The position numbers were made by a program, and so were the translations under genes. DNA of 56,417 bases from Octopus bimaculoides (Eukaryota), in NCBI RefSeq assembly GCF_001194135.2, contig NC_068983.1:134843556-134899972 (forward strand). The letters run 5' to 3'. Below the pieces are notes generated by a model. It worked only from the letters and a program-made list of their open reading frames with translations. It had not been told where the DNA came from and searched no databases. Below are positions 12,019 to 24,494 of this stretch, in pieces (positions within the stretch are counted from its first letter, which is position 1; each line of letters opens with the position of its first letter).

Positions 12019-13378
12019 TGTTCTATTGACTCTGAAAGTATGAAAGGTAAAGTCGGCCCTGGTAGAATTTGAACTCAGAATGTAAAAATAATGAAATGCT
12101 GCTAAGAGTTTTGCCCAACATACTAAAGATTCTGCCAGCTCACTGCTTTTACATTGCAGGTGATATTGGTCGATGATCTTGGTACCTATCCTAACAGCTT
12201 GATCAACTGAAGCAATATGGAATTAATTGGCCCCTGTGTTATCTATCTCACTTCCACAGCAGAGTAATGTGTCATATTTATAAACTTTACTCATTTTATC
12301 AACTGTTCTTCATGAGCCAGAGCGATTGAGTACTTCCATATGGTCTAGAGTACCTCTAGAAAGACCAACTCTAAGCTCCCTCAAATCATACCCCACCCTT
12401 TTAAAATATGAAGGTTACATTGGATAGTGTATTCCTAAGCACATTAATTTTGAAAACAAAATGGTATGGTCAGGACCCAAACATCCTTGATCATATTCTG
12501 TTCAACTAGAGAGGATGCTCCAGGACACTTAATAATGTTCAACAAACCTAATGTATTTTTGTTTAATCTCAGTCAGATTAAGAACAATAATCTCACACAT
12601 AACTAGTTCCAAGAAAACGTAGAGAGAACTGAATAGCAGAATGTCTTCAAAGAAAAAGCCCCACCACTCCCCACTCAAGCAAGTGTTTTGACCATTAACT
12701 CTTTGCACTCTAATGGGACCAGGCCACATTCAGGTCATGACTCCTGGATAAGGCTCAGCTGCCACATTCAGTGCTACTGTCTGCATTGCAACGACCCGGG
12801 AGGGTTAGTGTATCTCAGAGCCAAGGTATTTTGGAGTGTTGAAACAGGCCAGTTTAAAACATCAGTTGACTGTAGAGCAAATCATACCTTCTGAAATTCA
12901 CTTCCAATCTTCCTTGGCCAAATTCAGTTGGAACTCTTCTCAGCTGCTTCTGCCATCACATTAAGAGTTCTGGTTTTCTTTCTCTCAGAAATTAAGAGCT
13001 GTTTCATGACATCAATACAATTTGTATGAAATTGCAATAGTTAACAATCAAACAATTAAAATTTTTGTTGCCTTTCAAAACCGAATTTCTTTTTCCTAAA
13101 TTCAAAGGATGGTTAACCTTTGAAATTTCCAAAACTGGTCACGGTTCTGAATACTTTTTAGAAAGATAACAGACATAACCTTTCAGTCATACTTCAATGA
13201 ATTATGCTTTCATTTCAGTTTAAAATGATTCATTTTAAATATGACTCACTAAATTCTATGTCAGTTGAGACATTCAGATATTCTGAAATTCAGCGGATAG
13301 ATGAAAGAAAATTTCCCAGTATTGATGCCTACAAAAGTATGTATCACATCTTCATAACATATAAAATTTAGTAAAAAC

Positions 13379-13684
13379 TGTGGTATGACGTCAGTGTCTG
13401 GGGAGGCTGACCGGAAGGGCAAGTTGACCGGAAGGGCAAGTTGACCGGAAGGGGAAAAAGGGCAGAGGGAGCCTCGATCGGGATTCGTGCCTTTTTCGAA
13501 CGGGGTTGTGGTCAGGACAAGACGTGTTAAGCGACGGTCTAGGTTTGGGAGAGGCAGCTGCTATTCCTGGTGTACTTTGGGTTGGGGCAAGCTTCAAGGA
13601 TTGGATACTGCAAGACAGACTCGCAGTCGAGGAAAGGAAGACCAAGGTAAGGCGATTACATCTACTCGTACGCACACACCACCA
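13379..13684. mobile_element. Probable solo LTR (Gypsy-like), 306 bp
   Basis: Starts TG (tgtggt) and ends CA (accacca), flanked by AAAC at 13375-13378 and 13685-13688. It is abruptly GC- and CpG-rich relative to its flanks. No AATAAA was seen. Confidence 0.7.
13386..13452 (+). promoter_or_regulatory. CRE palindrome plus three tandem ETS-like CCGGAAG motifs inside the LTR
   Basis: TGACGTCA at 13386-13393; the 16-bp unit tgaccggaagggcaagt occurs about three times. These are motif matches only; function is not shown. Confidence 0.4.
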
Positions 13685-14094
13685 AAACATCTCATTGTGC
13701 TTAGCCTTCGTGCTGTGCATTTTGTAGTTTAGCTGAATAATTATAAAGTATCTTTTTTTAAGATCACACATGTATATCTACATGTGTGTATGCATGCATA
13801 TGTGTGTGTACGTGGTTGCATGCATGTGTGTGTACATGATTGCATGTGTGTATGTGTGTGTGTGCATGTGTGAGTATGTGAGTGTGCACACACACGTATG
13901 CATTCATTTGTTCTATTTTTCCATGCTAGTATGGATGGAGATTTATTTGAGGCAGGACTTTATAACCAAATGCTCTTCCTGTCACTAACCCTAAGTCTGT
14001 CCACACACACACACATCGTAGTCATTTATTTAATATCCAATTTTCCATTCTGGCATAGGTTGGACAAAAGCTTATTGAGACAATGCACTCTCTT

Positions 14095-14187
14095 GCTCTT
14101 TCTCTCTTTCTCTTTCTCTCTTTCTCTTTCTCTCTTTCTCTTTCTCTCTTTCTCTTTCTCTCTTTCTCTCCTTCTCTCTTTCTCTCT

Positions 14188-14265
<78 letters not shown>

Positions 14266-14275
14266 ATATATATAT
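14095..14275. repeat. (TC)n / (TTTCTC)n microsatellite
   Basis: Direct reading. Confidence 0.95.
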
Positions 14276-16397
14276 AAGTTGGTGATAGAAGAGATTGTAG
14301 TAGTGGGGAAGAGTGATAGGAACAATATCGGAGAAGAAAAGGTAGTGATGGAAGAAATTAGGCAGCTACATGTTGGTTGTTGGTAAGGTGATTAAATAGA
14401 AAAACAGCAGACATTGTATGATAGGACAGAGACAGTGTGATAGTAGAAAGAGTAATGGAAGTAAGAGCTTTGAGAGTGAGGAAGAATGACATATATCAAC
14501 AATGAGTGATGGAAGAATAATGTGAGAGAGAATGATGGATAACATTAAAGATGGGTGAGGCTATGAGAAAAAAAGAGAGAGGGAGAGCAAGAGAAAAGTG
14601 AATGATGGTTAGCAATAAAGAAGGGTGGCAATAGTGAGAATTGAATATGGACAGATCTGTTACACAAACAGCATTTTGGGAGAGAACTAGAGTTATAAAA
14701 GATGATGGCATGACAAGGTTGACTGAATGTGGACAAATTCAAATACATATCTTTATCTCCATGTCCACTTCAACCACCACCACCATTATTTAAGTACTCA
14801 TTACCATACTTGCATAGCGAATGAATGTTATTCTTAATTACTCTGTTGCCTAATAAATGCAACAGAATGATTAAGTTCTTATAGCCCATGGACAACGTGT
14901 TATCTGTTATAGGATATGAACTCAGAATTCCTCAGATGAGTAACCAACACTTTATCTTTTCAGTCATTATGATTCCTTATATTACTGAATTATTTGGGAT
15001 GCAGATATGAGAGCAATTTGAATAAATCAGTATATCATACAGCTGATGATGAAATTATAAAATTATAGGAGATATTTCTAATCAATCATTAATGAGAAAT
15101 AAATCATTGATTATCTTCATACCATGAAACATTGCCTATATAATCAACCAACAAAATTATTTAATTTATTAGGTTTTAATTCAAGCATGGCTTTCATAAT
15201 TTGATGCAATGTGCTTGTTAAAGCTCACTTTCTCAAATAGGTTTATATTATAAATTTTAAAGAAATTTTGATAAAAAATTACATTGCTTTTTAAATTATT
15301 TATAAAAAAAAAAGCCCAAAGAACAAGTTTAAAAAAGTAATTTTTAAGTAAAAACCATATCATTAAATTAGCTTAAAGCCATTGGGTGGAGTATTGATTG
15401 AAATTTGTAAACTGTTCATGTTGATTATATGTTTTGATAATGCTGTAATAGTAAATTCATAATAACCAATTTTAATTGTCAAATTTTTTTATCAAAGATT
15501 AAATGATAACTTGCATCTTAATTACTTTGTTACCTAATAAATGGAGCAGAGGGTAATAGTCCTTGGCTTCCACAACATCACAAAATATAAGTCTTTATAA
15601 TTCAAGCTATTCTCTTTACTTATAAAAATAACACTTAACTACTTAAATAATTTGTTAACAACTTATCAGAATGCTGAGTATGCATTAAATATAACAACAA
15701 AACCTCCTGGACCCATACCATTTCAAAAGCAGGTGCCAAAAATTTGGCTTTCATCTCCCTCTCTGTTCTATCTATACATGCACAATATCCAATCTCCTTC
15801 TTACAATATACATATAGAATCTGTCAAAGATATCTCAATTACCACTTCTACAACTTCTCAGTCACGCAACTCTTCTTCATTTCCAACTGTAAATACGAGC
15901 CTAAAATTCCATATGAACATAAAGTATATCTTCAATTATGACACAGCAAACCAAAGTTAAACACATTGTAAACCCTTAAAGATAAAATATTTGACCCAAA
16001 ATATAGAAACCACAACGTAAATTCACCAAAAACCCAAACCACTTCTGACAGTTCCTCAATGTTCCTTTCATTAACCTTACAAAATGAACTGCAAAACATA
16101 ACACAATACATTTCACATCATTATAAATTGTATATGCATAAACACACACACACATACACACACACTCAAACAAACAAACACACTTATACACTCAAACAAA
16201 TAAACACACACACGCACTCAAACACACACACAGACACATACACACGCACACACACACACATATACACACACACATACACACACACACAGATACACACTCA
16301 CACTGTCTCTGAACTTGCAAGCAGTGGCAAGCAAATGTCAAAATACCCTTATATAAAGCCCTGCCAGCTTCAAAAAGAAAGGAAAGATACATTAGAT

Positions 16398-16622
16398 CAG
16401 TGTTTCTCAACCATTTTTTTGCCAATGGACCCCCTTTGATTCTTATTTCAGTTGGGTGGATCTTCATAAATCATTCAATGTTTTGAAAGAATCATATATT
16501 GTTAAGAATCATAATTTTAAAAATTGTTAAAATATTTTATGTATTGTAGAACTATAACCAATTTATTGTAAAATTTTATATGGACCCCCAGGGGCCATAT
16601 GGGCCCCAGTTGAGAACCACTG
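16398..16622. mobile_element. hAT-superfamily MITE (Charlie/MER5-like TIRs), 225 bp
   Basis: TIRs cagtgtttctcaac and gttgagaaccactg; 8-bp TSD cattagat / cattatat. Confidence 0.92.
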
Positions 16623-16904
16623 CATTATATGATGCAGTCACAGGTATCCCTAAAAAGACAGGATGGTTATGATTGGAATACCATTGATTCTTTGCTTATA
16701 AGTCAGCTGGATAAGGATCGACCTGGGGTTAAGCAACATCATCAGTACAAACATGAATACACTTGCTCTTATTTTCATGCTCACAACAATGAGATATCAC
16801 ATCAATAGAAAAATCCAATTATTGTAATTAAATGATCATTTATAGATGAGAAAAACACAGCATGTGGCTAATTTCTTTTCTAACCAGTTGCAAGCATGAC
16901 AGTG

Positions 16905-17045
16905 TGGTTAAGAAGCTTGCTTTGCAAACAAACGGTTTCAGGTTCAGTCCCACTGTGTAGCACTTTAGGCAAGTACCTTCTACTATAGCCTCAGATCAAT
17001 CAATGCTGTATTTGTGAATTTGGTGGATGCAAACTGTGCAGGTTA
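16905..17045 (+). mobile_element. tRNA-derived SINE, family A (degenerate copy)
   Basis: gtgtggttaagaagcttgc...ggttcagtcccactgtgt...ggcaagt...ctactatagcc, as in the copy at 19316. Confidence 0.8.
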
Positions 17046-17367
17046 GCATAAAGTTTTGGATATTTTGATTTGATTGTATTTTGTGTCGTTTTTTTCTATA
17101 TCTACATATACTGGCACAATAGAAATGATGAATGGTAATGTATGGTGTAATCATCAATTAAAGATGTAGTTTTCTCCATTCTTCATTATGTTGTTAATTA
17201 CTCTGAAATTATTGAAATTCTTCTAAGCAATATTTCAATTTACTTGTCATAGATGAGGAATTCCCTTGGATGTTAATTCTACTTGTATCTATTGATGATA
17301 TCTGATTGTATGATACAGTTAACCAAGTTTGTTTAACACAGTGCTTTCTAGATATCTGCCTGGATTT

Positions 17368-17660
17368 CATCATCATCATCATCATCATCACTTAACGTCC
17401 GTTCTCCATGCTAGCATTGGTTGGATGGTTTGATTGGGCTGGCACGCTGGAAGGCTGCACCAGAATCCAGTCTGATTTGGCAAGGTTTTCTACAGCTGGA
17501 TGCCCTTCCTAACACCAACCACTCCGAGAGTGTAATGGGTGCTTTTACGTGCTACCGGTATGGGTGCCATTTGCATGACACCGGTATCTGCCATGACTGT
17601 GGATTTGTTCAGCTTGATGGGTCTTCTTCTCAAGCACAACATAATGCCAGAGGTCAAACT
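17368..17660 (-). mobile_element. RTE 3'-UTR / SINE-like tail repeat
   Basis: (cat)n cttaacgtccgttctccatgctagc...ctacagctggatgcccttcctaacaccaaccactccgagagtg. Confidence 0.88.
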
Positions 17661-17745
17661 CAGGACAAAAACAAGACAGTGGAGACATACAAGGAAACCA
17701 AACAAAAACAAACATGGAGGGTCATTAGACCAGAATGAGAGGAAA

Positions 17746-17776
<31 letters not shown>

Positions 17777-17799
17777 TGTATNNNNNNNNNNAGAGGAAA

Positions 17800-17839
<40 letters not shown>

Positions 17840-17865
17840 GTGTGTGTGTTGATGATGATGATATA

Positions 17866-18010
17866 TATAACAGGCTTCTTTCAGTTTTCATCTGTCAAAT
17901 CCATTCACAAGGCTTTGGTTGACCACGCTACAGTAGAAGACATCTACCCTATGTGCCATGCAGTGGGACTGAACTCTAAACCATGTGGATAGGAAGCAAA
18001 CTTTTTGCCA
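17866..18010 (-). mobile_element. tRNA-derived SINE, family A
   Basis: Reverse complement matches 19316-19476 (cagtgggactgaac, ctatagtagaagac, caaatccattcacaaggctttggt). Confidence 0.8.
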
Positions 18011-18098
18011 GAAAGTAATGCCTAATATTTTTTGTTTGCTGTTTGTATTTCACATTTTTGGTGTTAATAAACGAAACTAATACACAGCTGTCATCTAA

Positions 18099-18323
18099 CC
18101 CTTTTGTTTCCATACATATTTTTGTTGACATACACTGCTTTGCTTCAATTAATTTTGAAAATAATGAAGAACTTAATAAAATAACTTTGTTATTATTAAG
18201 CTAATGTTTGGAACATTAATTAGGACAAAATTTTGATGGAAGATTTTAATTTAGATCATTTTAAATTAAGAAGTTTATATCACAGAATCAGGGGTGGTCT
18301 CGGATGCATTGCTAGCAAAACAG
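18099..18323. mobile_element. piggyBac-like MITE (degenerate)
   Basis: ctaa|cccttttg at the left and caaaacag|ttag at the right: a degenerate TTAA TSD with CCCTTT-type termini. Confidence 0.5.
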
Positions 18324-18365
18324 TTAGACTATATATCTGAGTTATTTTATAAAGAAGCTTACTTT

Positions 18366-18748
18366 TTTACCTGTGCCTTAGCAAAGGTGGAGGTGTTGTT
18401 TTCAGTCGTGTTTGTTTGTTTGTTTGTTTGTCTGTGAACAAGATATCTCAAGAACCGCTGGATGGAATCAGATGAAACTTTCAGGGATGTTTGGCCTCAT
18501 GACTGGCATGAACTGTTTAAATTTTGGGATCGATCCACTACTGGACAAGGATTTTGGATTATTTTTCCTGTTTTTTTTTTATTTACATAATTTTTGAGAG
18601 CAGTCAGGTTCATTTTTAGTATTCTCGCTCGTAAGAGCAGTCAAGTTTATTTCAGATATTCTCATTTTAAAAAGCATTTTTGGCTAATCGTTGAAAGGAC
18701 ATTGGTGTTGCCTTGGCGGAGTTTTGCACTCTCTGAGTGCTCTTGATT
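18366..18748 (+). mobile_element. Helentron-associated (HINE/DINE-1-like) non-autonomous element
   Basis: 5' palindrome cctgtgccttagcaaaggtggagg; (gttt)n tract; gatatctcaagaac...gatgaaactt; 3' subterminal inverted repeat gccttggcggag followed by hairpin gcactc-tct-gagtgc; T-rich flanks; no TSD. Confidence 0.7.
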
Positions 18749-19267
18749 TGTAAATATTTCCAGAACAGATTTGGTAGCAAAGGCAGACCACTGAAACTGA
18801 ATAATTTACTTGTTTAAATCATCCATATGTCACTTCATAGTTTGTAGTATAAGATCATATCATCAGAATGGAAGAGAAAAGAAGGCTATTAAATGTTTCA
18901 TTTGTAATTCTGACTGAAATTGTCACTACATCATTATTCAGGTAATTACATAAATTGAGAACTATTCATAATACCACTTGTCAAAAGAAATGTGTAATTG
19001 GAAATGTAAAAAGCATGCTATTGAAGCTGAAAACAAGCAACACATTTGAAATTAATGACTACATGTGAAATCAGTATCAGTTAGTTGTGTATTTAGAAGT
19101 TTATTCATTTCCTTATTCGTGTTTATTCAAATTCTTTGTTTTTGTTGGGGATTTTTAGTTTTGCTTTTAATATATGTATGTTTTATTCAAATTCTATGTA
19201 AATATTGAGTTGGGTTGGTGTTGTAGTAGTAATGTAGATAATTAAGGAACTAGGAATCATACTCACA

Positions 19268-19314
<47 letters not shown>

Positions 19315-19315
19315 G

Positions 19316-19476
19316 AGTGTCTGTGTGTGGTAAGAAGCTTGCTTCCCAACCACATGGTTCCAGGTTCAGTCCCACTGTGTGGCACCTTGGGCAAGTGTCT
19401 TCTACTATGGCCTCGGGCTGATCAAAGACTTGTGAGTGGATTTGGTAGACGGAAATGAAAAAAGCCACTTGTATAT
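19316..19476 (+). mobile_element. tRNA-derived SINE, family A (best copy); others at 25880-26025(-), 34995-35045(-), 35715-35865(-), 38478-38640(+)
   Basis: A-box-like tgtgtggtaag and B-box ggttcagtcc (19363-19372), then ggcaccttgggcaagtgtcttctactat, running into a (TA)n tail and a gap. Confidence 0.88.
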
Positions 19477-21789
19477 NNNNNNNNNNNNNNNNNNNNNNNN
19501 NNNNNNNNNNNNNNNNNNNNNNNNNNNNNNNNNNNNNNNNNNNNNNNNNNNNNNNNNNNNNNNNNNNNNNNNNNNNNNNNNNNNNNNNNNNNNNNNNNNN
19601 NNNNNNNNNNNNNNNNNNNNNNNNNNNNNNNNNNNNNNNNNNNNNNNNNNNNNNNNNNNNNNNNNNNNNNNNNNNNNNNNNNNNNNNNNNNNNNNNNNNN
19701 NNNNNNNNNNNNNNNNNNNNNNNNNNNNNNNNNNNNNNNNNNNNNNNNNNNNNNNNNNNNNNNNNNNNNNNNNNNNNNNNNNNNNNNNNNNNNNNNNNNN
19801 NNNNNNNNNNNNNNNNNNNNNNNNNNNNNNNNNNNNNNNNNNNNNNNNNNNNNNNNNNNNNNNNNNNNNNNNNNNNNNNNNNNNNNNNNNNNNNNNNNNN
19901 NNNNNNNNNNNNNNNNNNNNNNNNNNNNNNNNNNNNNNNACACACACACACACACACAACAGACTTCGTTCGCTTTTTGTCTGTCAAATCTAGTTGCAAA
20001 TCTTTGGTTGAGTCAGGTCTATAGCACATACCACTTGCACAAGATGCTGTGCAGTAGAACTGTATTCAAAAGCATGAGGTTAGGAAAGAAACTTCCCAAC
20101 ACACTGCTATGCCTGCATCTGATACATCTGGGGAAATGTCCCAAGTAAAACTTACAGTCTAAACTGAAGATATAGTGAGACGACTTTCTCTTTCTCTACC
20201 ATATTACATTGTAATATCTTTATTTTTGACTTGGTTAGTATTATTAAAATGACTCCCATTATGGACTTTTTTTCCCCATAATTTCTACTCCTTCCACTTT
20301 GAAAAACATCCACATTTATCACTGCTCATTGATTACATGCTAATTTTCATATCTTGAACTCAAATCTATTGTACCCCCACAATGTCACAGTATAACCTTT
20401 CTGACATTAAGCAGCAGCAACACTTTATAAATGGAGTCATTCATTCATTTATATTTCTCCTTCATTAATTTATTGTTCTTTCATTCATTTCTTTTTTTTT
20501 TTTTTCATTCATTTATTTATTAAATTATTCAATTATTCAACCTTCGAATCCTGTTAATTCTTTGATATGAAAAAAAAAAGTCAATTAACTGACATTTTAT
20601 AAATGGATAAATTAATAAAGTCAATGATTTTTATGTGAGATAACCATTGAATGGTGATAAACTCCTGCTGAGCTGATTTCTACAGATGGTCTTGACAAAG
20701 GCAGACATTTTAGCTCTGTATCACTTCCATCCTTGCTTACTCCTATCCATCTATCTGCCTGTCTTCCTTGTCACACTTACTGCCCTAATGTCCATGCCCA
20801 ACACTAACTCCTACTTTTTAGTCTTTTCCCTCAGAACATAAACTCACAGAAATTCCCTCCCTGTCCTTATTTTTAGCACAGACGTCAACTGTATGTTGAA
20901 CTACATCAATCTCATCAGAGTGGGATGCCTGCTAAGGTCAAGAAAGGTAGTCCTTCCCTCTTATTAAACCTTATATATATATATATATATAAAAGAAGAC
21001 AAAGAAAATGGAGATTGGGAAGTTAATAATTGTTTATTATTAACAACAAATCAATCATCATCCTTTACAGCTGTTTCAATTAATACTCAGTGAATTAATT
21101 AAATATTGAATTTGTATGCCCTGAGCATATCTTCAGAGGGAAAAAATATATATACCCTTGGATGTTTTATATATGTTTATGGATTCAATATAGCAGACTG
21201 AATGATACTGTTTATAATTTGTATTTTTGTGTGTCTGGGCAAGAGGTTTGTAGGGTGGTTGGGGATAAGATAGAGTAGGTAAATAGAATTAGAGTAATAA
21301 ATGAACAAATTAAATAGAAATGATAGAGGAAATTCAAATATAAATAAAGTTCTTGTCTCTATCATGCTGATGTGGTAGTAGACATACTTGACAATGAGAA
21401 GTTTCCAAAATAATTCAAGTAAAGCGAATTATCTGCGAGTCGTTTGTACTTTTATTTTTTATGCTACTCTACACCAGCAGAAACAGCAGGTGAACAAATC
21501 GTGGCTAGACACTGTGTGTTTAGACTCTGCGTAGGAGTATGATATGATGTCCACTAAGACTGGGAACAACAATCTGCATAGCAAAATACAAAAACAAAAT
21601 TATCGACAATGAAAAGATTAAGTTGCTTCAGAGGGTCCCTCTGGAATTAGGGGCCCTGAAGCTTAAACTTCTTGAGTTTTATTGTAGATCCACCACTGTA
21701 TGTACTCATGCACTCAGACACACATACATGTACTTATATAGATATATATACACACACGCGCACATATATATATATATACTGGTCCTTGT

Positions 21790-21984
21790 GCCGGTGTCAC
21801 GTAAAAGCACCCACTACACTCTCGGAGTGGTTGGCGTTAGGAAGGGCATCCAGCTGTAGAAACTTTTCCAAATCAGATTGGAGCCTGGTGCAGCCTTCTG
21901 GTTCACCAGTCCTCAGTCAAATCGTCCAACCCATGCTAGCATGGAAAGCAGACATTAAACAATGATGATGATGATGATGATGAC
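21790..21984 (+). mobile_element. RTE 3'-UTR / SINE-like tail repeat
   Basis: cacgtaaaagcacccactacactctcggagtggttggcgttaggaagggcatccagctgtagaaac...atggaaagcagacattaaac(gat)n. Confidence 0.9.
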
Positions 21985-22299
21985 ATGCATACATGTACAT
22001 ATGCATGCATATATACCCATATACATGAATACATACATATACAGATGAACATACATGCATCCACACACACATATGCACACACATATATGCATACGTATAT
22101 ATCACAGCTTACATATATACATATATACACACATGTTCCCTCAAACATATATATACCTAGAAACTTTAGATGTGAATTGTATTTACAGAAGATACTAGGA
22201 AACCCCTTTAATATTCAGTACATAAAGAATTAAGTGTGCTATCCATTATCTGAACTGCTCACTTAGTTCTACATGTTTCCTTATAGTTGTTATATCTTC

Positions 22300-23045
22300 C
22301 TAAGATCTTAATCATGAGAGAGTGGCATCAAGTACATCTCTAAAGTTGTCAAGAAATCTAAGGGTGCCATGGCATCACTCAGCAAAACCTCTGTCAGCCG
22401 TTCTCCAGTTAGCTGTTTAAGGCAGTATATGGTTATGGTGCAGCAACACTTGGAATTTGCATCACCAGTCTTGAACCCCTATCTTGCTCGAGACATTGAC
22501 CTCCTGGAAACCGTTCAGAGATATGCAACCAAGCAAATACCCTCCATCAGGCATCTACCATAATCTGAATGCCTTGCTTCCCTGGGCATAGACACATTAA
22601 AGCTCTGACATCTAGCAACTGACTTGGTAATCACCCACAAAATTATTAACCATTATGCCATCAACCACCTTGAGCACCTTTTTGAGCTCCATGTGTCTAA
22701 CACATGTGGGCATGCCTACTAAGCCAGAATGCAGCACAGTTACCATGACTTTTGGAAACATTTTTTCACACTCAGAGTTGCTGAAGCATGGAAGAAACTA
22801 CCTGCATCAGTTGTTAGCTACTGAGACATTGCATCCTTTAAAACCTCCGTGCTTCCTGAAATTCACCAACACTACACTTGATATCCCTCCCTCCATATGC
22901 ATGCATACATGTATATCACGACTCTTACACTGTTCACTTTTCTGACTTTTGTACATAATTCTATGTACTGTACATGCAGCTTTGACGAGTTGTAGTGCAC
23001 CTGAATACTATGCACAATAATTTCATTATTATTATTTATTATATT
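22300..23045 (+). mobile_element. CR1/L2-group LINE, 3' fragment
   Basis: QHLEFASPVLNPYLARDIDLLETVQRYATKQIPSIRHLP...LG...DL..THKI, then FFTLRVAEAWKKLPASVV; ends in an (ATT)n-like tail. Confidence 0.88.
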
Positions 23046-24494
23046 AAAGAGAATTCATTCATCTTCTTAACACTCCTGTATATGGTATTTTCAATTTGGT
23101 ACTACAAGCCACAGTTCATACAAATGTAGATATATGAGTCTCTCTATAACTTCCAAAGATATTTTCCATGATTATTTATTCATTTAATATGACTAATGTC
23201 AATTATGTTACTGGTGAGTTCTATAAAACCATCAAAATACTATTATTTTTGCTGTCTTACATCTAATTTTTTATGTTTTTCGGTGTTGAAATGTGTAGTA
23301 TGACTTTTATTGTTACAATTATTCTTATAGCTGGGATGCCTTTTCTATTGTTAATCACTGAAATGTGAAGCAAGGATGGAATTGTCAGTTAGGCAAACTA
23401 GAGGAATCAAAGATATGAGCATTAAGAAAAATATAACAAGATATGTAACATCAAGCTAATAAAAAAAATATTAACAATAATAACATGAATCCTTGAGTAG
23501 GTCATTTAAAACACCCAGTAAATGACAGGCGCTGGAATTCACATCGCTAAAAAGAAAACTGATAATGGTGATGACACACTAAGAACTGCTTCATGAAAGG
23601 GTTAAGGGGTGATGGTTGAATGTACAACTCATATCTGCTGAAGAAATCTAACTGCTGGAGGGAAATAAATAAAATAAACCATAGCTGGAATAATGTTGTG
23701 AACATTAGCAGAAAGCTATAAGTGATTTTTAAAAATCATGTCTATGTTGACATTGGCTTATTTTATAAACCAATGTCAACAAAGATGAATTAACTTATCT
23801 TGGGATAGTAATCACTATACTACATTGCACTTTCAATGCAGGCCATCGGAATTCCCAAGTGGAAGATAACTACCAAGTCTCTCATAAATGAAAAATTGTC
23901 AGTAAACCATAAAGATATGATAGGAAATATGTTGTGTAGGGTTGTGTGAAAAAGAAATTAATTCCTATTATTTGTATTTACATAAAATATATCAGTAAGA
24001 TGTTACTGTCCTATGTGTTATGATACTATCATCATCGTCGTCATTGGTGTCATCTTCATTGTCATGTCATCGTTGTCATCATTATTGCTATTGTCGTCGT
24101 CATTGTCATCGTCATTGTCATTGTCATCGTCATCATCATTGTTTCACTGTCCACTTTTCCATACTTGCATCAGTCAGACGGAACTTGCTGAGGTGGATTT
24201 TTCTACAGCTGGATACTTTTCCTGTTGTCAACCCTGACCTGTTTCAAAGCAAAATAATATTTCTCCCTGGCAAGGCATTCTTTTCAAAGAATATTGGTAA
24301 CAAAGAAAACTGCTTGTATAACAGTGATATTTATAATTATATGAAGTCAAGGTCAAGGCGATAAGATGGTAACACATACACACACACAAGCACACACACA
24401 CAAACACATACACACATATGTGTATATATGTGTGTGTGTGTGTAATATAAATTAGAAGCAGCATTACACACACACACACACACATACACATATA

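Larger units (their letters stand above)
10626..12150 (-). mobile_element. tRNA-derived SINE split into two pieces (12019-12150 head, 10626-10664 central domain) by a mariner insertion
   Basis: The head has B-box gagttcaaattc and gactttacctttcat. The continuation aataagtaccagttgagtactggggtcgatg lies across the mariner. The intact copy at 54063-54250 has both parts contiguous. Confidence 0.8.

Noticed and set aside
12695-12960. ttaa-ctctttgcactc, a piggyBac-like left end
   Set aside because: No matching right terminus or TSD was found.
13407-13452. Three short direct repeats suggesting a CRISPR-like array
   Set aside because: The units are head-to-tail with no spacers and the context is eukaryotic; this is an LTR-internal tandem repeat.
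13385-13646. ATG in the LTR that is in phase 1 with the donor, as a possible first coding exon of the synaptotagmin
   Set aside because: An in-frame TGA occurs at codon 20.
15140-15370. AT-rich stretch resembling mitochondrial DNA (NUMT)
   Set aside because: No mitochondrial gene or rRNA motif could be matched; the resemblance is compositional only.
19316-19400. tRNA-like A/B boxes (also at 51604, 12060 and 54170)
   Set aside because: No complete cloverleaf could be built, and each continues into a dispersed repeat body, so these are SINE heads rather than tRNA genes.
21624-21697. gatccaccactg terminus and partial palindrome suggesting a MITE
   Set aside because: Only one end is recognisable and there is no TSD.
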